From the NCBI GenBank assembly GCA_023140385.1, contig JAGLLT010000020.1, forward strand, positions 1 to 36,359: a stretch of 36,359 nt of DNA. Direction: 5' to 3'. The translations under genes were made by a program, and so were the position numbers. The DNA comes from Candidatus Omnitrophota bacterium. GTDB taxonomy: Bacteria > Omnitrophota > Gorgyraeia > JAGLLT01. Positions 33,362 through 36,359 of this stretch are shown piece by piece (position 1 is the first letter of the stretch; each line of letters begins with the position of its first letter). The notes under the pieces are model-generated. The model worked only from the letters and a program-made list of their open reading frames with translations. It ran no database searches and was not told the DNA's origin.

Positions 33362-36359
33362 ATGATGAAAAAAACATATTTTGGAAGCTCCCTACTTATA
33401 GCAGTGATATTTATTACTTCAATATTCCTGACTGCGCAGGCCATTGCTCAGACGAATGTTCTACAGAATTATAGTTTTGAAGATAATACTGGTTGGTGGT
33501 CTTCTCCTGATTGGTGGGCAATAGAAGGAAATGCCAGTTGGAAAGGGGCTATCCAAGGGACTACTCACCAAGGGGATTGGGCACTCGGCATAGGCAATGA
33601 CCGGGGTCCTCGCGGGGCTAATGGTTATACCTTTCAAGATATTTGTTCTAATTTCAATTCGGGTGATGTTGTTAGTTTTAATATGTGGGTTAAGTCAGAA
33701 GTAAACTATTCCGGTAATGCCAGTTTAATACTCGAGTTTCTTGATGTTAATAATAATGTAATTACTTTTTTTCAGAGTTCAATTTATAGCGGCACTTTTG
33801 ATTGGGTTCTGGCTGGTGTAAATGGCGCCGTGCCGGCGGAAACAGCAAAGGTGAGAGTTTACTGCCTGAGTGAAAATATGTCCCGAGGCTCAAGAAGCTC
33901 GCTTGTTATTTTTGATGATGGCAATGTAGCTATTGAACATTCTATACTATCCAGAGAAGTAATTAATCTTAATGGCACGTGGGAAATTGAACCTTCAGAT
34001 ACACAGCCAACCAATTTTAATCATACCATTTCGGTACCTGGTTTAGTAGATTTAGCTGTTCCTTCTATTGATTGGAATTCCTGCAATTATTTCTGGTATA
34101 AAAAAACCTTTACCTTAATTCCTTCCCAAGCCCGTAACCATGCGTTTATAAAGATAGACCAGTCCAAATATGGCACAGAGGTTTGGCTTAATGGAACCTA
34201 CTTAGGTAGTTATATCGGCTGTTACACTTCTCATAAATATGATGTTACAGATATTATAAATTATAATGGCGAAAACGTACTTTTGGTGAAAATAGGTCAA
34301 AAGGGAAATTTACCTGTTGAGAGTGCCGTGGGCTATGAGTATGAAAAAGAATCTTTTATCCCGGGCATCTGGGGTGATGCTTCTTTAATTCTTACCGGCA
34401 ATCCGATTATAGAAAGGGTTCAGATAATTCCTTATATTGATACCAATACGGCTGAGGCAAGGATAACGTTAAAGAACTTAGAGAATACAAGTCAAGAGAT
34501 TACTTTTTCTTCAGCAATATTTGAAAAAGTTTCAGGCCTATCCGCTTCAGATGAGATTAACACCAATTTCACCTTAGCCGCTTTAGAGGAGAAGACAGTT
34601 ACTGTAACCCTGCCCGTATCAAATATGCAATTATGGTCACCGGACAGTCCTTTTCTTTATAGTTTAGTTTCAAGGGTTAAAACAGGAGAGACAGAAGCGG
34701 ATACTTTAACCACTACCTTCGGCATGAGGGAGTTTAAGATCGTCGGCTCCGATTTTTATCTGAATAATGACCGTATTTTCTTAAAAGGCGGTAATATCGC
34801 CTTTCACCGATTTTTGTCTGACTCGGATAGAGCTGACCTACCTTGGAATGAGGCTTGGATAAAGAAGATCTTGATAGATATTCCAAAAAAACACAATTTT
34901 AACTTTTTCCGCAATCACTTAGGCCAAATGTATAACAAATGGTATGATATTGCCGATGAATATGGGATGCTGCTCCAGAATGAGTGGGCATTTTGGGTTA
35001 TTACGGGTACAGAGGAACAGATACGGGCGGAGTTTACCCAGTGGCTCTATGACAATTGCAACCACCCCAGCATCATTATCTGGGACGCGATGAATGAGCC
35101 GCATGATAATGGTGAGATGAGCCGTGATGTCATCCGAGGTATAATTATCCCGGAGATGAAACAAATTGACCCAACCCGACCATGGGAAGGTGGTATAAAC
35201 GCGAATATTGATTTTGAACCCGACGCTTGGCATCCTGTAGATTTTGCCGAGGATCACCCCTACATATATTCCATGGGATCTGTATTAAACAAAGACAACT
35301 TTGGTTATTCCCGCTCCATAGAGGGGATAAAAAATAGTAATGAACCTACCATATTAAATGAATTTGTCTGGTTCTGGTTAGATAAAAATGGTGGGCCCAC
35401 TTCTCTTATGGGTTATGTTCTCCCGCGCTGGCTCGGCGAAAACAGTACTCCTCAGCAGCAGCTAAAATATCAGGCACAACTTGCCTCAGACTTAGTAGAG
35501 TTATTCAGAAGGATAGATGTAGACGGCATTGCCCCTTTTGTCTATTTAAGTAATGAAGGCGCGTTGACCTCCAACTGGTTTACCGGAGATATCGCCGACC
35601 CGGGAGTAAAGCCCATTATGGCGGCTTTAAAGAATGCCTATGCCCCCTTTGGCGTAAGCATTGAGCTCTGGGACAGGCACTTTCTTATTAATGAAGCAAG
35701 AAATATAGATGTCTATATCTTTAATGATTCTGCTGTAGCTAAATCAGGCACCTTGCGCTGCCGCATAGTTGATGAGGACGATACAGAAGTAGTTAATATA
35801 GGGGATTATACCGTCAATGTTCCAGCTAGCCAAACCATAACTCAGCCTATTTTTTGGACGATGCCATCCGCTACAGGCACTTACTATCTAAATGCCCAGA
35901 TTATTCCCGATGGAGAGGCAAGCCCAGTTGCCGCAAGCAAGAAAATCATCCATATCTTAGAGCAACCTGATATTCCTTCTAATCTTTTAAATGCCAAAAT
36001 TATGGTCTATGACCCCGACAATGAAGTCTTAGATTATCTTGTCTCCTTAGACTTAAATGCTGTCACTTATGACAGTGCTCAACTCTCCCAGCAGGATATC
36101 TTAATTTTAGGCGAAGGAGCCCTAGTAGATACTAATTATGGCTCCCGCGTAGGAGATATTACCGATTTTATAAAGCAGGGCCACAGCTTAATAATTGTTG
36201 AACCCAGCTATAACATTACCAATTACCAAGAGCAAGAATATTCCATTTTATCCGATCTATCTATAGCTATGAACAAGCGCGAGGATAAATTTGATGGCGG
36301 CTATGATTCTTACTGCTTTGCGGAGGAATTGAAACTTAATGTCAAAGAAGTCACCTCTT
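33362..36359 (+). CDS. Secreted glycoside hydrolase family 2 with N-terminal CBM-like domain (3'-partial; absent from ORF track)
   Basis: Hand translation: MMKKTYFGSSLLIAVIFITSIFLTAQAIA signal; NVLQNYSFE CBM-like start; INLNGTW, VWLNG, LWSPDSPFLY, FGMREF, NHPSIIIWDAMNE, ILNEF; SD AGAGGA; no stop noticed before the window end. Confidence 0.88.
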   Translation, partial: MMKKTYFGSSLLIAVIFITSIFLTAQAIAQTNVLQNYSFEDNTGWWSSPDWWAIEGNASWKGAIQGTTHQGDWALGIGNDRGPRGANGYTFQDICSNFNSGDVVSFNMWVKSEVNYSGNASLILEFLDVNNNVITFFQSSIYSGTFDWVLAGVNGAVPAETAKVRVYCLSENMSRGSRSSLVIFDDGNVAIEHSILSREVINLNGTWEIEPSDTQPTNFNHTISVPGLVDLAVPSIDWNSCNYFWYKKTFTLIPSQARNHAFIKIDQSKYGTEVWLNGTYLGSYIGCYTSHKYDVTDIINYNGENVLLVKIGQKGNLPVESAVGYEYEKESFIPGIWGDASLILTGNPIIERVQIIPYIDTNTAEARITLKNLENTSQEITFSSAIFEKVSGLSASDEINTNFTLAALEEKTVTVTLPVSNMQLWSPDSPFLYSLVSRVKTGETEADTLTTTFGMREFKIVGSDFYLNNDRIFLKGGNIAFHRFLSDSDRADLPWNEAWIKKILIDIPKKHNFNFFRNHLGQMYNKWYDIADEYGMLLQNEWAFWVITGTEEQIRAEFTQWLYDNCNHPSIIIWDAMNEPHDNGEMSRDVIRGIIIPEMKQIDPTRPWEGGINANIDFEPDAWHPVDFAEDHPYIYSMGSVLNKDNFGYSRSIEGIKNSNEPTILNEFVWFWLDKNGGPTSLMGYVLPRWLGENSTPQQQLKYQAQLASDLVELFRRIDVDGIAPFVYLSNEGALTSNWFTGDIADPGVKPIMAALKNAYAPFGVSIELWDRHFLINEARNIDVYIFNDSAVAKSGTLRCRIVDEDDTEVVNIGDYTVNVPASQTITQPIFWTMPSATGTYYLNAQIIPDGEASPVAASKKIIHILEQPDIPSNLLNAKIMVYDPDNEVLDYLVSLDLNAVTYDSAQLSQQDILILGEGALVDTNYGSRVGDITDFIKQGHSLIIVEPSYNITNYQEQEYSILSDLSIAMNKREDKFDGGYDSYCFAEELKLNVKEVTS

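Noticed and set aside
34919..35257. 112-aa minus-strand ORF
   Set aside because: Antisense to the GH2 catalytic domain.
1..36359. tRNA or rRNA genes
   Set aside because: No cloverleaf or rRNA signature seen in the intergenic spaces by eye; a tRNAscan/Rfam run would confirm.

Overview
Bacterial chromosome segment with all credible genes on the + strand. 27-15030 is the S10-spc-alpha ribosomal superoperon (rpsJ to rplQ, with secY, adk, map, infA, rpmJ, rpoA); rpmD/L30 is absent and L17 has an unusual tail. 15069-25453 holds two orphan carbohydrate ABC permeases, then tmk-holB-PSP1(ricT)-metG-CPBP protease-thiL-tsaE-tsaB-alr. 25644-36359 is an accessory block. It starts with an 1800-aa Sec-signal RHS protein (dockerin-like, Ig, CBM11-like, FN3 modules) whose C-terminal effector has 8 mirror-spaced cysteines around a glycine zipper. 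Next is a three-repeat membrane protein (putative immunity), whose 3' end appears interrupted by a Y1/HUH (RAYT-like) transposase bounded by perfect 23-bp inverted repeats, AGTAC direct repeats and a stack of GGGG(T/A)CA end-like motifs. A secreted CBM+GH2 glycosidase runs off the window end. A PVC-superphylum origin (perhaps Omnitrophota) is my impression from L30 loss, the cysteine-free S4 N-terminus and the gene content; it is not demonstrated.
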